Assembly: GCA_963716725.1 (NCBI GenBank)
Contig: CAVQUB010000002.1
Span: 64,001-128,000, forward strand
Source of the DNA: an uncultured delta proteobacterium
Lineage (GTDB): Bacteria > Myxococcota_A > Polyangia > Polyangiales > Polyangiaceae
DNA: 64,000 nucleotides
Direction: 5' to 3'
The position numbers and the translations under genes were made by a program. This document shows positions 39,175 to 50,734 of the stretch, in pieces (positions within the stretch are counted from its first letter, which is position 1; the number at the start of each line of letters is the position of its first letter). The notes under the pieces are model-generated. The model saw only the letters and a list, made by a program, of their open reading frames with translations, was not told the origin of the DNA and searched no databases.

Positions 39175-41101
39175 CGTCGGCTCCAGGGTCGGGCGGCGGG
39201 CGCCGAGCGGCGGCCCGGGCGGTGGCTCGCCGCTGCTTCAACTTCTCCCAATCGCGTACCAGCCGCGAGCCAATGGGCACGGCGTTCTTGCCTCCGGCCC
39301 CGCCGTGCTCCACCAGGACGACGAAGGCGATTTCGGGCGAGCGCGCCGGCGCGTAGCCGGCGAACCAGGCGTGGTCTCGATTGAAGTACCAGACCTTGTG
39401 AGGGTCCACGCCGCGGGGCGTGACGTGGCTCACCTGTGCGGTGCCGGTCTTACCTGCCATGTCGGTGCCGGGAAGCGTCTCATGGAATGCCGTGCCCTCG
39501 CGCTCGACCACGACGCCGGTCAGCCCGGACTTGATCCGTGAGAGATGGTCTTGATCCACGTTGACCATGCGCCGAACGCGCGGCGGGAACTCTTGCACGA
39601 CGGTGCCGTCGCTGGTCTCGATGCTGCGAACGACCTGCGGCTGGTACAAGGTGCCGCCGTTGGCTATCGCGCCGTACGCCAATGCCAGCTGCAACGCCGA
39701 AACCGTCGCGGCGCCCTGACCGATGGCGGCCAGCAGGGTGAAGCCGCCGCGGAAGGCGCCTTTGTAGCGGCGCGTATACCAGGCGCGAGTGGGCATGCGG
39801 CCCCGCGCTTCCGGATTGACCCCGATGCCCGTCTTGGTGCCAAAGCCAAAGTCGACGCCGACCTTGGCCAGTTGGTCGATCTGGATGCCCTCCCCCAGCT
39901 GGTAGAAATAGGTGTTGCAGGAGCGCACGATGGCCTCGTGCAGGTTCACCGTGCCGTGCACGCCGGTGCAGCGGAAGAACCGGCGACCGTACTCATAGCC
40001 GCCACGGCAGTTCACCCGGGTCGAGGGCAGCACCACGCCCTCGGCGAGGGCCGCCAGCGCCGCGAAGGGTTTGTAGGTGGATCCCGGCGGATATGCCGCC
40101 GAGATCGTCTTGTCGAGGGTGGGGCGGAGTGGGTCGGCATAGAGGCGGCGGAAGGCGTCGCGCACGGCCCGCATCCCGCTGCCGCCGGAGACCACGTTCG
40201 GGTCGAAGCTCGGCTTGGAGACCGCCGCCAAGAGCCGCCCAGTGCGCACGTCGACGACGACGACCGCACCGGCGAGCTGTCCCCTCATGGCCTTCTCGAT
40301 GGCCTGCTCGAGCTCGATGTCTACGGTCAACGAGACGTCGCGGCCCGGAACTGGCTCGAGCCGCCGAGGCTCCTCGAGGTACTTGGGCTCCAGATCCTCG
40401 CGGGCGGCCCGCCGGTTGATCCCGCGCAGCACCTTGCGCCAGCCTCGCTGCCCGCGCAGGTAGCTCTCCCACCGGCGCTCGACGCCCACGGCACCGAGCT
40501 GGTCTCCGGCGCGGTAGCCGCGTCCTTCATAGCGCGCGAGCGTCTCGGGGTCGATCTCGCGCATGTAGCCAATGAGATGCGCCCCGAGTTCGCCATGCGG
40601 GTAGTAACGCACCGGCACCGGCACGACGTCGATCCCGCGCAGGTCGTCCTCGTGGGTCTCCAGCGCCGCCACCACGTCGCGATCGACGTCGACGCGGAGC
40701 AAGGTTTGTTGAGAGGGGCGCGTTCCGCCTGCGGACCGCGCGTCGAGGATCTTCTTGGTCAGCTCTTCGCGCTCGCCGTCGTCGACCGCCATCAGCTGCA
40801 TCACGCGCGGCCAGGTCTTCTCCATGTCGATCTGGCTGGGCACCGCGTAGACGTTGTAACTCGGCCGATTCGCCGCCAGGACCTTGCTGTGCGCGTCTCG
40901 AATCACGCCGCGGGTCGTGGCCAGGGAGAGGTCGCCGATGATGTTCTTGCGCGCCTGCGCCCGGTGCAGATCACCCTCGACGATCTGCAGCTGCACCAGT
41001 CGACCGAACAGAATCATGAACCCGCCGAGGATGACCAGCACCATCCAGCGGTAGCGCCGCCGAAATTCGCCGACGTCCGAGCGCTGAACGAGGATGCTCA
41101 C
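39161..41101 (-). CDS. mrdA: Penicillin-binding protein 2
   Basis: N-terminal helix, TRGVIRD, YPPGSTYK (SxxK), SCNTYFY (SxN), GKTGTAQ (KTG); GTG at 41101 overlaps the mreD stop. Confidence 0.95.
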   Translation of the reverse strand: MSILVQRSDVGEFRRRYRWMVLVILGGFMILFGRLVQLQIVEGDLHRAQARKNIIGDLSLATTRGVIRDAHSKVLAANRPSYNVYAVPSQIDMEKTWPRVMQLMAVDDGEREELTKKILDARSAGGTRPSQQTLLRVDVDRDVVAALETHEDDLRGIDVVPVPVRYYPHGELGAHLIGYMREIDPETLARYEGRGYRAGDQLGAVGVERRWESYLRGQRGWRKVLRGINRRAAREDLEPKYLEEPRRLEPVPGRDVSLTVDIELEQAIEKAMRGQLAGAVVVVDVRTGRLLAAVSKPSFDPNVVSGGSGMRAVRDAFRRLYADPLRPTLDKTISAAYPPGSTYKPFAALAALAEGVVLPSTRVNCRGGYEYGRRFFRCTGVHGTVNLHEAIVRSCNTYFYQLGEGIQIDQLAKVGVDFGFGTKTGIGVNPEARGRMPTRAWYTRRYKGAFRGGFTLLAAIGQGAATVSALQLALAYGAIANGGTLYQPQVVRSIETSDGTVVQEFPPRVRRMVNVDQDHLSRIKSGLTGVVVEREGTAFHETLPGTDMAGKTGTAQVSHVTPRGVDPHKVWYFNRDHAWFAGYAPARSPEIAFVVLVEHGGAGGKNAVPIGSRLVRDWEKLKQRRATARAAARRPPPDPGADDGTR

Positions 41102-41625
41102 CGAGCCGCTCCCTCGGCACCGCCCTGCGCGGGCTGGGTGCTCAAGTGGATGCGCTGGGCGATGCGGAAGACGAGGGGAGCGAAGAGCGCCGTGGCGATG
41201 GCGCGCGGCAGGACGATGTTGCCGATTTCCAATGGACGCCGGGTGTCCGAGCCGAAGACGGCCAGCAGGATCAACACCATCGCCGACTCGATCAGCGCGA
41301 ACACGAAGCCCAGCGACATGCGCGTGATGAAGGTCTGTGCGGTGAGCCGCACCCCCGCTACCCTCGACAACCACCAATTGGCAACGGTGATGAAGGTGAA
41401 CAACCACATGGGTGCCGACGCGACGAGATCGAGGAAGTACCCGAGCGCAAACGCGAGCAGCGCGCCTCGCGCCATCGAGTGCTCGTGCACGCCCAGAAAG
41501 ATCACCAGGGGTAGCAGCAGGCTCGGCGTGGCGCCGTTGAAGTGCATCCAGCCGAGGACGCGATACAGATTCGCCTGAACCAGGATCAGGACCACGCCGA
41601 TGGCGAGAAAGGCGGCGTTGCGCAT
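41098..41625 (-). CDS. mreD: Rod shape-determining protein MreD
   Basis: 175-aa hydrophobic protein with GYFLDL, located between mreC and mrdA. Confidence 0.85.
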   Translation of the reverse strand: MRNAAFLAIGVVLILVQANLYRVLGWMHFNGATPSLLLPLVIFLGVHEHSMARGALLAFALGYFLDLVASAPMWLFTFITVANWWLSRVAGVRLTAQTFITRMSLGFVFALIESAMVLILLAVFGSDTRRPLEIGNIVLPRAIATALFAPLVFRIAQRIHLSTQPAQGGAEGAAR

Positions 41626-41632
41626 GGTGGCC

Positions 41633-43586
<1,954 letters not shown>

Positions 43587-43794
43587 CGGTCACTCTCGGG
43601 TGGACGCGGATGGGAACATCCCACCCGGACCTCACCGGTGGCGGGGAAAACGGGCCCGCTCTCGTACCACGCCCGAAGCGCGGCGCGCAATCGCTGGAGA
43701 TTGTCCCAGCGGCCCGACGGCCGGTGCCTCGCGCGGGTCACGGAATCAAAGCGGCTCAACCGACGGAGCCAAGCTCCGGCCGGTTCCCACCGGC

Positions 43795-44646
43795 TCAGTC
43801 TTTGTCCCAGTCTTTCCAGTCCTTGCGGTTGTCGCGCCCCTTCTTGGCCCCTGCCTGATCGAGCTTCCCGCGCTTCTTCTTCTTCTCCCAGTCCGCGGTT
43901 TGGCTCGGCCCACCGCCGCCGCCGGCTGGACGGCGGTCCGTGCGAGCGCCGGCATCGGCTGGCGGCGCCGACGGGAAATCTGGGTAGCCTCCGCCTGGCG
44001 GCCCGCCGCGGGGCGGCCCGCCTCGATCGAAGCCGCCGCCAAAGCTCGGCCGGTCACCACCGCCGGAACCCGGCGCGCCACGCGGGTGAGCGACGTTGAT
44101 CATGAGGCCGCGGCCTTTCATCTCTACGCCACGCAACGCGGTGATTGCTTCGTTGGCGGCCTCTGCGCTGCCCATGGTCACGAACCCGAAGCCACGCATG
44201 CGACCGTCAGGCCCCACTGGAAGGTGAATACGCACCACCGGCGCCACGCCGTGCTCGGCGAAGACTGCTTCGAGATCCGCCTGCGCGGCGTCGAAGGGCA
44301 GGTTTCCGACGTACAGCGTGCGATCACCGGTATTGCTGCTGCTGAGCGGCCCCGGCGCGTCGGTCCGTGCGTCGCGACGCGGCGGCTCGGACTGGAACGG
44401 CCGAACGGAGATCGAGCGTCCCTCCTGCAGCGACCCGTCGAGTTGGTCGCGCGCAGCGCCTGCCTGATCGGAAGTTGCGAGGGTGACGAAACCAAAGCCG
44501 CGCGGGCGGCCGGTGTCTCGGTGCTTGGGCAGCGTCACGTTGACAACCGTTCCACCGGTTGCCTCGAACAGCTGCCGCAGCACGTCCTCGGTCATGGAAT
44601 CAGGCAAGCCCGCAACAAAGAGCTTGCGCTCATCCTCGGTCGACAT
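43795..44646 (-). CDS. RNA-binding protein with two RRM domains and an RGG/Gly-rich tail
   Basis: KLFVAGL...RPRGFGFVT and TLYVGNL...RMRGFGFVT; tail DRGGPPRGGPPGGG and a Lys-rich C-terminus. Confidence 0.9.
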   Translation of the reverse strand: MSTEDERKLFVAGLPDSMTEDVLRQLFEATGGTVVNVTLPKHRDTGRPRGFGFVTLATSDQAGAARDQLDGSLQEGRSISVRPFQSEPPRRDARTDAPGPLSSSNTGDRTLYVGNLPFDAAQADLEAVFAEHGVAPVVRIHLPVGPDGRMRGFGFVTMGSAEAANEAITALRGVEMKGRGLMINVAHPRGAPGSGGGDRPSFGGGFDRGGPPRGGPPGGGYPDFPSAPPADAGARTDRRPAGGGGGPSQTADWEKKKKRGKLDQAGAKKGRDNRKDWKDWDKD

Positions 44647-44840
44647 GCTTCGCGATCCTCGTTCAGCCCTTTCCGGAGACTCCCACCGAGCGCAAGCCGC
44701 TCGTTGAAGTCGCATCAACAATATCGCCCGACCCTCCCCGGTTCAAGTCGCTACTGCTCCCGACCCCCCGGGGGGCACCCGGACGCGGCTGTCGGTGGGC
44801 GAGACGCCAGGCGCCGATCCGCGGTATAGGGGCGCCCCCG

Positions 44841-45767
44841 TTGAAGCTCCGAGTCCTCGTCAACCCCAAGGCCGGCGCCGGCATCGCCGTTCGCAAGATC
44901 CCGGTGATTTCCCGCGCCCTCGAGCGGGCAGGCCACCCACACGACGTGGTCGAGACCCGCGCGCCGGGCGACGCCCCTCGCCTGCTGGACCAAGCGCGCC
45001 AGGACGGGGTCACCTGCCTCGCCGTGGTCGGGGGCGACGGCACCCTGAACGAGGTCGTCCAGGGCTACCTCGACGCGGCCGGGAACCCGGTCCCGGGGCC
45101 CGAGCTCGCCCTGATCCCCGCCGGCACGGGCGGCGACTTCCGCAAGACCTTCGGCCTGGGAGACAGCGTGGACGAAGCGGTTCGCCGCCTCGGCGCCGCG
45201 GACGCGCGCCCCCTGGATCTCGGAGTCTTGGAGCTCACCGCCGATGACGGCGCCCGCGTCGTGCGCGCTTTTCTGAACATCGCGAGCTTCGGCATTGGCG
45301 GGCTGACCGATCGCATCGTGAATACGACCCCGAAATGGATCGGTGGTCGGGCTGCCTTCTTCACCGGCACCCTTCGAGCCATGTTCGCGTATCAAAACGC
45401 CCCGGTGCGCGTGCTCGTGGACGGACAACCATTCCACGAGGGGCCGATCTTCAACGTGGCCATCGCCAACGGACGCTTCTTTGGCGGCGGGATGAAGATC
45501 GCACCAGAGGCCGATCCGTCGGACGGCCAGCTCGACGTCGTCGTGCTCGGCGACTTCGGGCGAGCCGAGACCGTGCTGCTCTCGCCCAAGATCTACCAAG
45601 GCCGACACACGGAACACCGGAAGGTGCACGCCACGCGTGGCGCGCTGGTGGAGGCCGAAGCGCTCAACAGCTCGACGCGGGTGCTGATCGACTTGGACGG
45701 CGAGACCCCCGGGCGTCTGCCGATCCGCGCGCGCTTGGCGCCGGGAGCGCTGGCAATCCGCGTGTGA
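44841..45767 (+). CDS. Diacylglycerol-kinase family lipid kinase (YegS/BmrU type)
   Basis: VNPKAG, GGDGTLNE, PAGTGGDF, NGRFFGGG, DGE; TTG start inferred. Confidence 0.9.
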   Translation: MKLRVLVNPKAGAGIAVRKIPVISRALERAGHPHDVVETRAPGDAPRLLDQARQDGVTCLAVVGGDGTLNEVVQGYLDAAGNPVPGPELALIPAGTGGDFRKTFGLGDSVDEAVRRLGAADARPLDLGVLELTADDGARVVRAFLNIASFGIGGLTDRIVNTTPKWIGGRAAFFTGTLRAMFAYQNAPVRVLVDGQPFHEGPIFNVAIANGRFFGGGMKIAPEADPSDGQLDVVVLGDFGRAETVLLSPKIYQGRHTEHRKVHATRGALVEAEALNSSTRVLIDLDGETPGRLPIRARLAPGALAIRV

Positions 45768-45814
45768 GACTTCGCGGGCGTGGGGCGCAGCCGACTGCGG
45801 CGTCGCCGCGGCCG

Positions 45815-45879
45815 CGACTTACACCCGACTTACACGGGAAAACCGCGCAAACTTCGACATATCAGGCACGCGCTTTGCT
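45815..45879 (+). promoter_or_regulatory. Sigma54-type promoter with an upstream tandem 10-bp direct repeat
   Basis: aGGCACgcgctTTGCt (GG 45865-66, GC 45877-78); CGACTTACAC at 45815-24 and 45826-35. Confidence 0.6.
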
Positions 45880-46000
45880 CCAGCCGAGAGCGAATGCCGC
45901 GGGCTGATGATTTCGAGAAATCCTTGCGTAGCGCCGCTCGGGGGTTGCAAGGGCTGCGCGCGCTCGTCGGCACGTCGCCACCTGCACCAGTGAGCACCCC

Positions 46001-47598
46001 ATGAAAAAGCCCGAGCTCGTCGACTTCTCACAGGCCCGAATCCGCACTCTGCATTGGACGTGGATCGCATTCTTCATCACGTTCTACGTCTGGTTCAACA
46101 TGGCGCCGATGGCCACGACGATGCTCAAGAGCGTCGACTGGCTGACCAAAGACCACATCAAGGTGCTGGCCATCTCGAACGTGGCGCTGACCATTCCGGC
46201 GCGCATCCTGGTCGGCGCGCTCGTCGATCGATACGGCCCGAGGATCACGTTCTCGGCGCTGATGATCGCGATGAGCGCCCCGGCGCTGGCCTTCGCCTTC
46301 GGAAACAGCTTCGTGCAGCTCTTGGTCGCGCGCTTGATCCTCGGCTCCATCGGTGCCGGCTTCGTCATCGGTATCAAGATGGTCGCCAACTGGTTCCCGC
46401 CGAACATGGTCGGGCGCGCTGAGGGCTTCTACGCCGGCTGGGGCAACTTCGGTTCAGCGTGGGCGGCGATGACGCTGCCTTGGATCGCCACGTCGCTGTT
46501 CAAGGATCAGCTGGGCTTGGGCGCAGACGCCTGGCGCTACGCCCTGGCCGTCAACGCGCTGGTCTGCCTCGTCTACGGCGTCCTTTACCTGTTCTTGGTC
46601 AGTGACGGCCCGCGCGGCCGCGTGATCGCCAAGGCCACCAAGACCGACCCGATGACGGTCACGAGCTGGGGGATCTCGCTCAGTACATCGTCTGGTCCTT
46701 CCCGCTGGTGGGCGCCATGGGCGTGCTCGCGTGGCGTATCTCCAACGTGAAGGTCGGCGGCTCGGCGCTGATCAGCCAGAACCTGCTCTATGGCGTCTAC
46801 GTGGTCCTCGGACTGGTCTTCGCCGCTCACCTCGTCCGAACGCTGCAGGTCAACCTGCCGGGCCTGAAGCGGGGACACGCTCCGGGCGAGCGTTACTCGT
46901 GGGGCAGCGTCGCCGCGCTGAACAGCACCTACTTCGCGAACTTCGGAGCCGAGCTCGCCGTGGTGAGCATGCTCCCGATGTTTTTCGAGATGACGTTCCG
47001 CGATCTTCTGGGCGCCGACGGAAACCCGATCATGACGGCAACCCTGGCCGGTCTGATCGCGTCGTCCTTTGCGTTCGTCAACCTCTTTGCTCGCCCGCTC
47101 GGCGGTTGGCTCTCCGATCACATGAAGAACCGCAAGCGCACGATGCTCGTCTACATGATGGGCATCGCCCTGGGTTTCTTGGGCATGGCGCTGATCGGCA
47201 AATATGGGCCGGTGGTCGAGGGCGTGCAGACCATCGTGCCGACCTTCGACGGGATGTGGTGGCTGGTGGTGGCGGTCATCATCACCGTCGGCTGCTCGAT
47301 GTTCGTTCAGGGCGCGGAGGGCGCCACCTTCGCCATCATTCCAATGATCCACCCCAAGCAAACCGGGCAGATCGCCGGCATGGCTGGCGCTTACGGCAAC
47401 GTCGGCGCGGTGGTGTACCTGGTCGTGTTCTCGCTGGTGGACGCCCGCACCTTCTTCTTCATCATCGCTGGCGGCGCGGCCTTCAGCCTCGCCTACTGCT
47501 TCTTGTTCTTGCGCGAGCCCGAGGGAGCCTTCGCAGAAGCGCACCAGGGCGACGTCGAAGATTCAGTTCAGGACGACGCGCCAGCTGCTGCCGGGTGA
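46001..47598 (+). CDS. narK: NarK/NasA-family nitrate/nitrite MFS transporter; frameshift in a G-run near 46670
   Basis: WIAFFITFYVWFN, TIPARI, AEGFYAGWGNFG nitrate signature, NFGAEL, NLFARPLGG, QGAEGATF, GAYGNVG. Confidence 0.9.
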
Positions 47599-47663
47599 AG
47601 CCGATCCGGGCTTCGCCGGCGTAGGATTCGGCCGGCAACAGACCTGCGCACCGGCGCGTGGCC

Positions 47664-47864
47664 TCAGGGCGCTCCGCACGCGAGCCATTCGGCCAGGCGC
47701 CGGCGCTCGGCGGCCGGCGGGTCGTCGGTCCCCGGTGGCATGGAATCGTTGCCGAGGGCCGATCGCTCGAAGATGCGCGCACGCCAGTTCACCTCACCCC
47801 CAGCGCGTGCGGGACACGCGACGAGGGCACCGGCCACGAACCCAAGGACCCAGCAGCGGCTCAC
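47664..47864 (-). pseudogene. Probable internally deleted remnant of a small c-type-cytochrome-like lipoprotein
   Basis: Lipobox ALVAC joined directly to WRARIFER...SMPPG...ERRRLAEWLACGAP; no CxxCH present. Confidence 0.4.
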
Positions 47865-47917
47865 GGCAGGACCTTAGGCTGCGCCCACCAATGACGGAAG
47901 CGCTTCTGGAAGGAGAC

Positions 47918-47945
47918 GAACCGCCAAGACGCCGAGAGCGCCAAG
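47918..47945 (+). repeat. Left copy of a 28-bp inverted repeat flanking the GxxExxY gene
   Basis: GAACCGCCAAGACGCCGAGAGCGCCAAG; 24/28 identical to the reverse complement of 48475-48502. Confidence 0.8.
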
Positions 47946-47949
47946 TCTA

Positions 47950-48445
47950 CTAGTGCCGCCCGGCTGAAGTTCGAGTGGATTCGCCCCTGAGACCTGCGCT
48001 CATTTGGGCTCTCACAGGAAGGGCGGCAGAGCGGAAGGATTTGGGGTGGTCAGGCGTGAGCCTCCGCAGGCCATTTCTGAGCGCGGTCACGTTGAAGTTG
48101 ACGAGCAGACCGACGGGCAACCGCGAAAGGCGCAGATAGGTGATGACCTGCGCTTCGTGAATCGGGAGCAGCCGCTCGACCGCCTCGAGTTCCAGGAGGA
48201 TACGATCTGAAAGCGACCAGGTCGAGGCGATAGCCGCAGTCAAGGTGCACGCCTTTGTAGCGGATTGGCAGCGGTCGCTGCCGCTCGAACTCGAGCCGTC
48301 GTTCGGACAGCTCGGCAGATGGACAGGCCTCGTATGCGGATTCCATCAGCCCTGGACCGAGATGCCGATGCACCTCGATCAGCGCACCGATCACCTCGTC
48401 CGTCCCATCCCCAAATCTTCCGAGCTTTCGCCCTTCCTGTGCCAT
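47950..48445 (-). CDS. GxxExxY protein (PD-(D/E)xK nuclease-like); frameshift near 48210
   Basis: IEVHRHLGPGLMESAYE, YKG..LDCGYRLDLV, then ILLELEAV, HEAQVITYL, GLLVNF in the next frame. Confidence 0.88.
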
Positions 48446-48474
48446 CCCCGTGTTGGCGCTTGCCACCCCCAATT

Positions 48475-48502
48475 CTTGGCGACCTTGGCGCCTTGGCGGT
48501 TC
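48475..48502 (-). repeat. Right copy of the 28-bp inverted repeat flanking the GxxExxY gene
   Basis: Reverse complement reads GAACCGCCAAGGCGCCAAGGTCGCCAAG. Confidence 0.8.
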
Positions 48503-48527
48503 ACTCCCAAGATCTTCGAGCGCGCCT

Positions 48528-49376
48528 TCAGCTCGAATCTGGCTCTTCGTCCTCGGTCGACTCCGGCTCCGACGCGGGCTCACTCCGCGCTCGACTCCAG
48601 ATCACCACGCCAGCCCCAAAGAGCGCGAAGGATCCCCACTGGGCCGGGGTCAGGTGGAAGTAGCGAGCGTCCGCCGTCTCCCCGACTCGCATGCGCAAGA
48701 AGTCGAGCCCGAAGCGGATGGGCGCGTAGACCGCACACATGCTGCCGAGGAAGAACCCCCACGGGCGCTCTCGACGCTGCAGCACCAAGAACGTGACGGC
48801 GAGGGGGAGCGTCAGCAACATCTCGAAGAGGCCGAGGTCGAGCCGGCCCCCGTCGGGATAACGCACGGCAAACCAAAGATCGCTGTGCAGCCCCGGGTGG
48901 TCGTGCGCAACCGTGCAGCCCAGCCGTCCGAACCACCAGCCCACGGGGAAGCAGCTGGCGACCACGTCGGCGTAGTGGAGCGCGGGTTCCCGGTGGAGCC
49001 GGCGCCACACCAAGAGGCCGATGGTCGCGCCTGCGAAGCCGCCAAAACTGCTGAGTCCCTCCCAGACCCGAAACAGCGATAGCGGATCGGCCAGCACCCG
49101 CTCGGGAAAGTAGAAGATCGTGTCGAAGAAATGGCCGCCGAAGAAGCCGAGCCCACCGACCCAGAGCATGAAGCTCATCAGCTTCTTCTCGTCGAGCCCC
49201 CGCCTTCGACCGTGGCGCAGCGCCAGCCAAGCACCGACGTACACGCCGACGGCCACCAAGGTGCCGAAGGGCTTGAACGAGAATGGAGCCGGAGGAAAGG
49301 TGCCTCCGAAGAAGCCTTGGGGGATCAGAACCCAGTCGGGGATCTGGATGAAGGGGATGCGGGGTTCGTGGATCAT
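48528..49376 (-). CDS. lgt: Prolipoprotein diacylglyceryl transferase family protein (divergent)
   Basis: VWEGLSSFGG, YAD, FGRLGC..AHDHPG, GLFE, YAPIRFGLDFLR, LTPAQW. Confidence 0.8.
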   Translation of the reverse strand: MIHEPRIPFIQIPDWVLIPQGFFGGTFPPAPFSFKPFGTLVAVGVYVGAWLALRHGRRRGLDEKKLMSFMLWVGGLGFFGGHFFDTIFYFPERVLADPLSLFRVWEGLSSFGGFAGATIGLLVWRRLHREPALHYADVVASCFPVGWWFGRLGCTVAHDHPGLHSDLWFAVRYPDGGRLDLGLFEMLLTLPLAVTFLVLQRRERPWGFFLGSMCAVYAPIRFGLDFLRMRVGETADARYFHLTPAQWGSFALFGAGVVIWSRARSEPASEPESTEDEEPDSS

Positions 49377-50341
49377 GGACCGTGCTTCGTGGTGGGCTCG
49401 ACTCTGAGTTCGTCGTCCGACTCGGGCGTGGGAGCCGCGTGCATCTGGACGCGAACGCCTCGGCACTCGCGCTCGAGCACCACGGGGCTCACGGCCTCCC
49501 GCTGGCACTCGGCGCCAGCAAACGACGGCCCCAGCGACGACTCGACGATCTGCACCGCCCGGGCGATGGCTTCGGTTCGGGCTTGGGCATCGTCGGGACG
49601 AACCGGCCGTTTGTCGTGGCACTCGTAGAGCCGGCTCCAGAGCTCGGGGCCGCGCAGCCGCGCGCTGGCGACGTTGCCCCGAACCAGCGTCAGCTCCACG
49701 TCGAACACCACCTTGCGCGGCGACAGGCGCTTGCCGTCGGGAATGGCGTAGGGGAGTGACAGCGCTTTCGAACAGCGTTCGTCGGCACACTTGGCCACCG
49801 GCTCGAGCACGCGAAAGTGGTGAATCGTCTCGTGAGGCAGCTCGCTGGTCGGCATGCCAAAGCTGGGGATGGTCGCGAGGCGGTTGGACCAGTCACGGAT
49901 CTCGCGCACGACGGCGCGCCGCATCTCATCGGCGTCGGCAAGCTTCTGCTCCACGCCCAGCGCCTCGTCGAGCAGTTCGCTGTCTCGCTCACGGGCCATG
50001 CGCGCGCCGGCGCGGATCTCGAGCAGACGTTCGGCGGCGAGCTTGGCGTGGGGGCCTCGAGGCAACGCGCTCATGTAGGCCTCGAGGCCCGGTGCCGATG
50101 CGCTCGAGGTTTCGTAGTAGAGCGGCTCGGCGCGGTTGAACCAGGCCTTCACCTCGGCATTCCAGCGCCCGTCGGGCTCCCGCTCGAGATACTCGAAGCT
50201 CGCGCTCAGCCGCCCTTCGCTCGTGGTCGCGGTGCGAGTCCGGCGATACAGCTCGTAGTCGGTGGTATCGGCGGTCAGGCTCTGGGTCGAGGCTCCGCAA
50301 CTGGCCGACGCCAGCGCTGCAACGAAGATCCACCGGCTCAT
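49373..50341 (-). CDS. Putative lipoprotein (in frame with the upstream Cys-rich ORF)
   Basis: MSRWIFVAALASASC signal and lipobox at 50341; helical repeats YLEREPDGRW and YMSALPRGPH. Confidence 0.65.
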   Translation of the reverse strand: MSRWIFVAALASASCGASTQSLTADTTDYELYRRTRTATTSEGRLSASFEYLEREPDGRWNAEVKAWFNRAEPLYYETSSASAPGLEAYMSALPRGPHAKLAAERLLEIRAGARMARERDSELLDEALGVEQKLADADEMRRAVVREIRDWSNRLATIPSFGMPTSELPHETIHHFRVLEPVAKCADERCSKALSLPYAIPDGKRLSPRKVVFDVELTLVRGNVASARLRGPELWSRLYECHDKRPVRPDDAQARTEAIARAVQIVESSLGPSFAGAECQREAVSPVVLERECRGVRVQMHAAPTPESDDELRVEPTTKHGP

Positions 50342-50734
50342 CGGCGACTTCTCAGGTGGGCAGAAGTTGCACTCGCTGGCGGTGGTCGGTGACGCGTCGT
50401 CCATGTAGCTCGAGTAGTCGTCGCAGCTCGCGTGCCGAAGCGCCCGCAGGCAGACCTCGCCGTCGTGGACCAAGGGGTAGCATTCCTCGGGAAAGGCGGT
50501 GGCGACGGGGAAGCCGCTGTCGCACGCGCGGGAGCAGGACTCCGACAAGAGATCGCACTCTTTGCAGCGCGAGCAGTCGGTCGCCTTCTTGTTCGCGAAG
50601 AAGGCCGGCGGATCGAGCAAGTCCGGGCTCTGCCCGCAGCCGCCGACGTCGCCCGGCGTCGGCGCCATGCAGAACAACACGACGAGAGCGGCGAGCGCGA
50701 GCTTGGTGCTGGCCAGCGAGCAGCGCCCGGTCAC
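50342..50734 (-). CDS. Cys-rich secreted protein (no stop before the downstream lipoprotein)
   Basis: Hydrophobic N-terminus, PTPGDVGGC, CSRCKEC, CSRAC, CYP...VC...SC, ECNFCPP. Confidence 0.6.
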
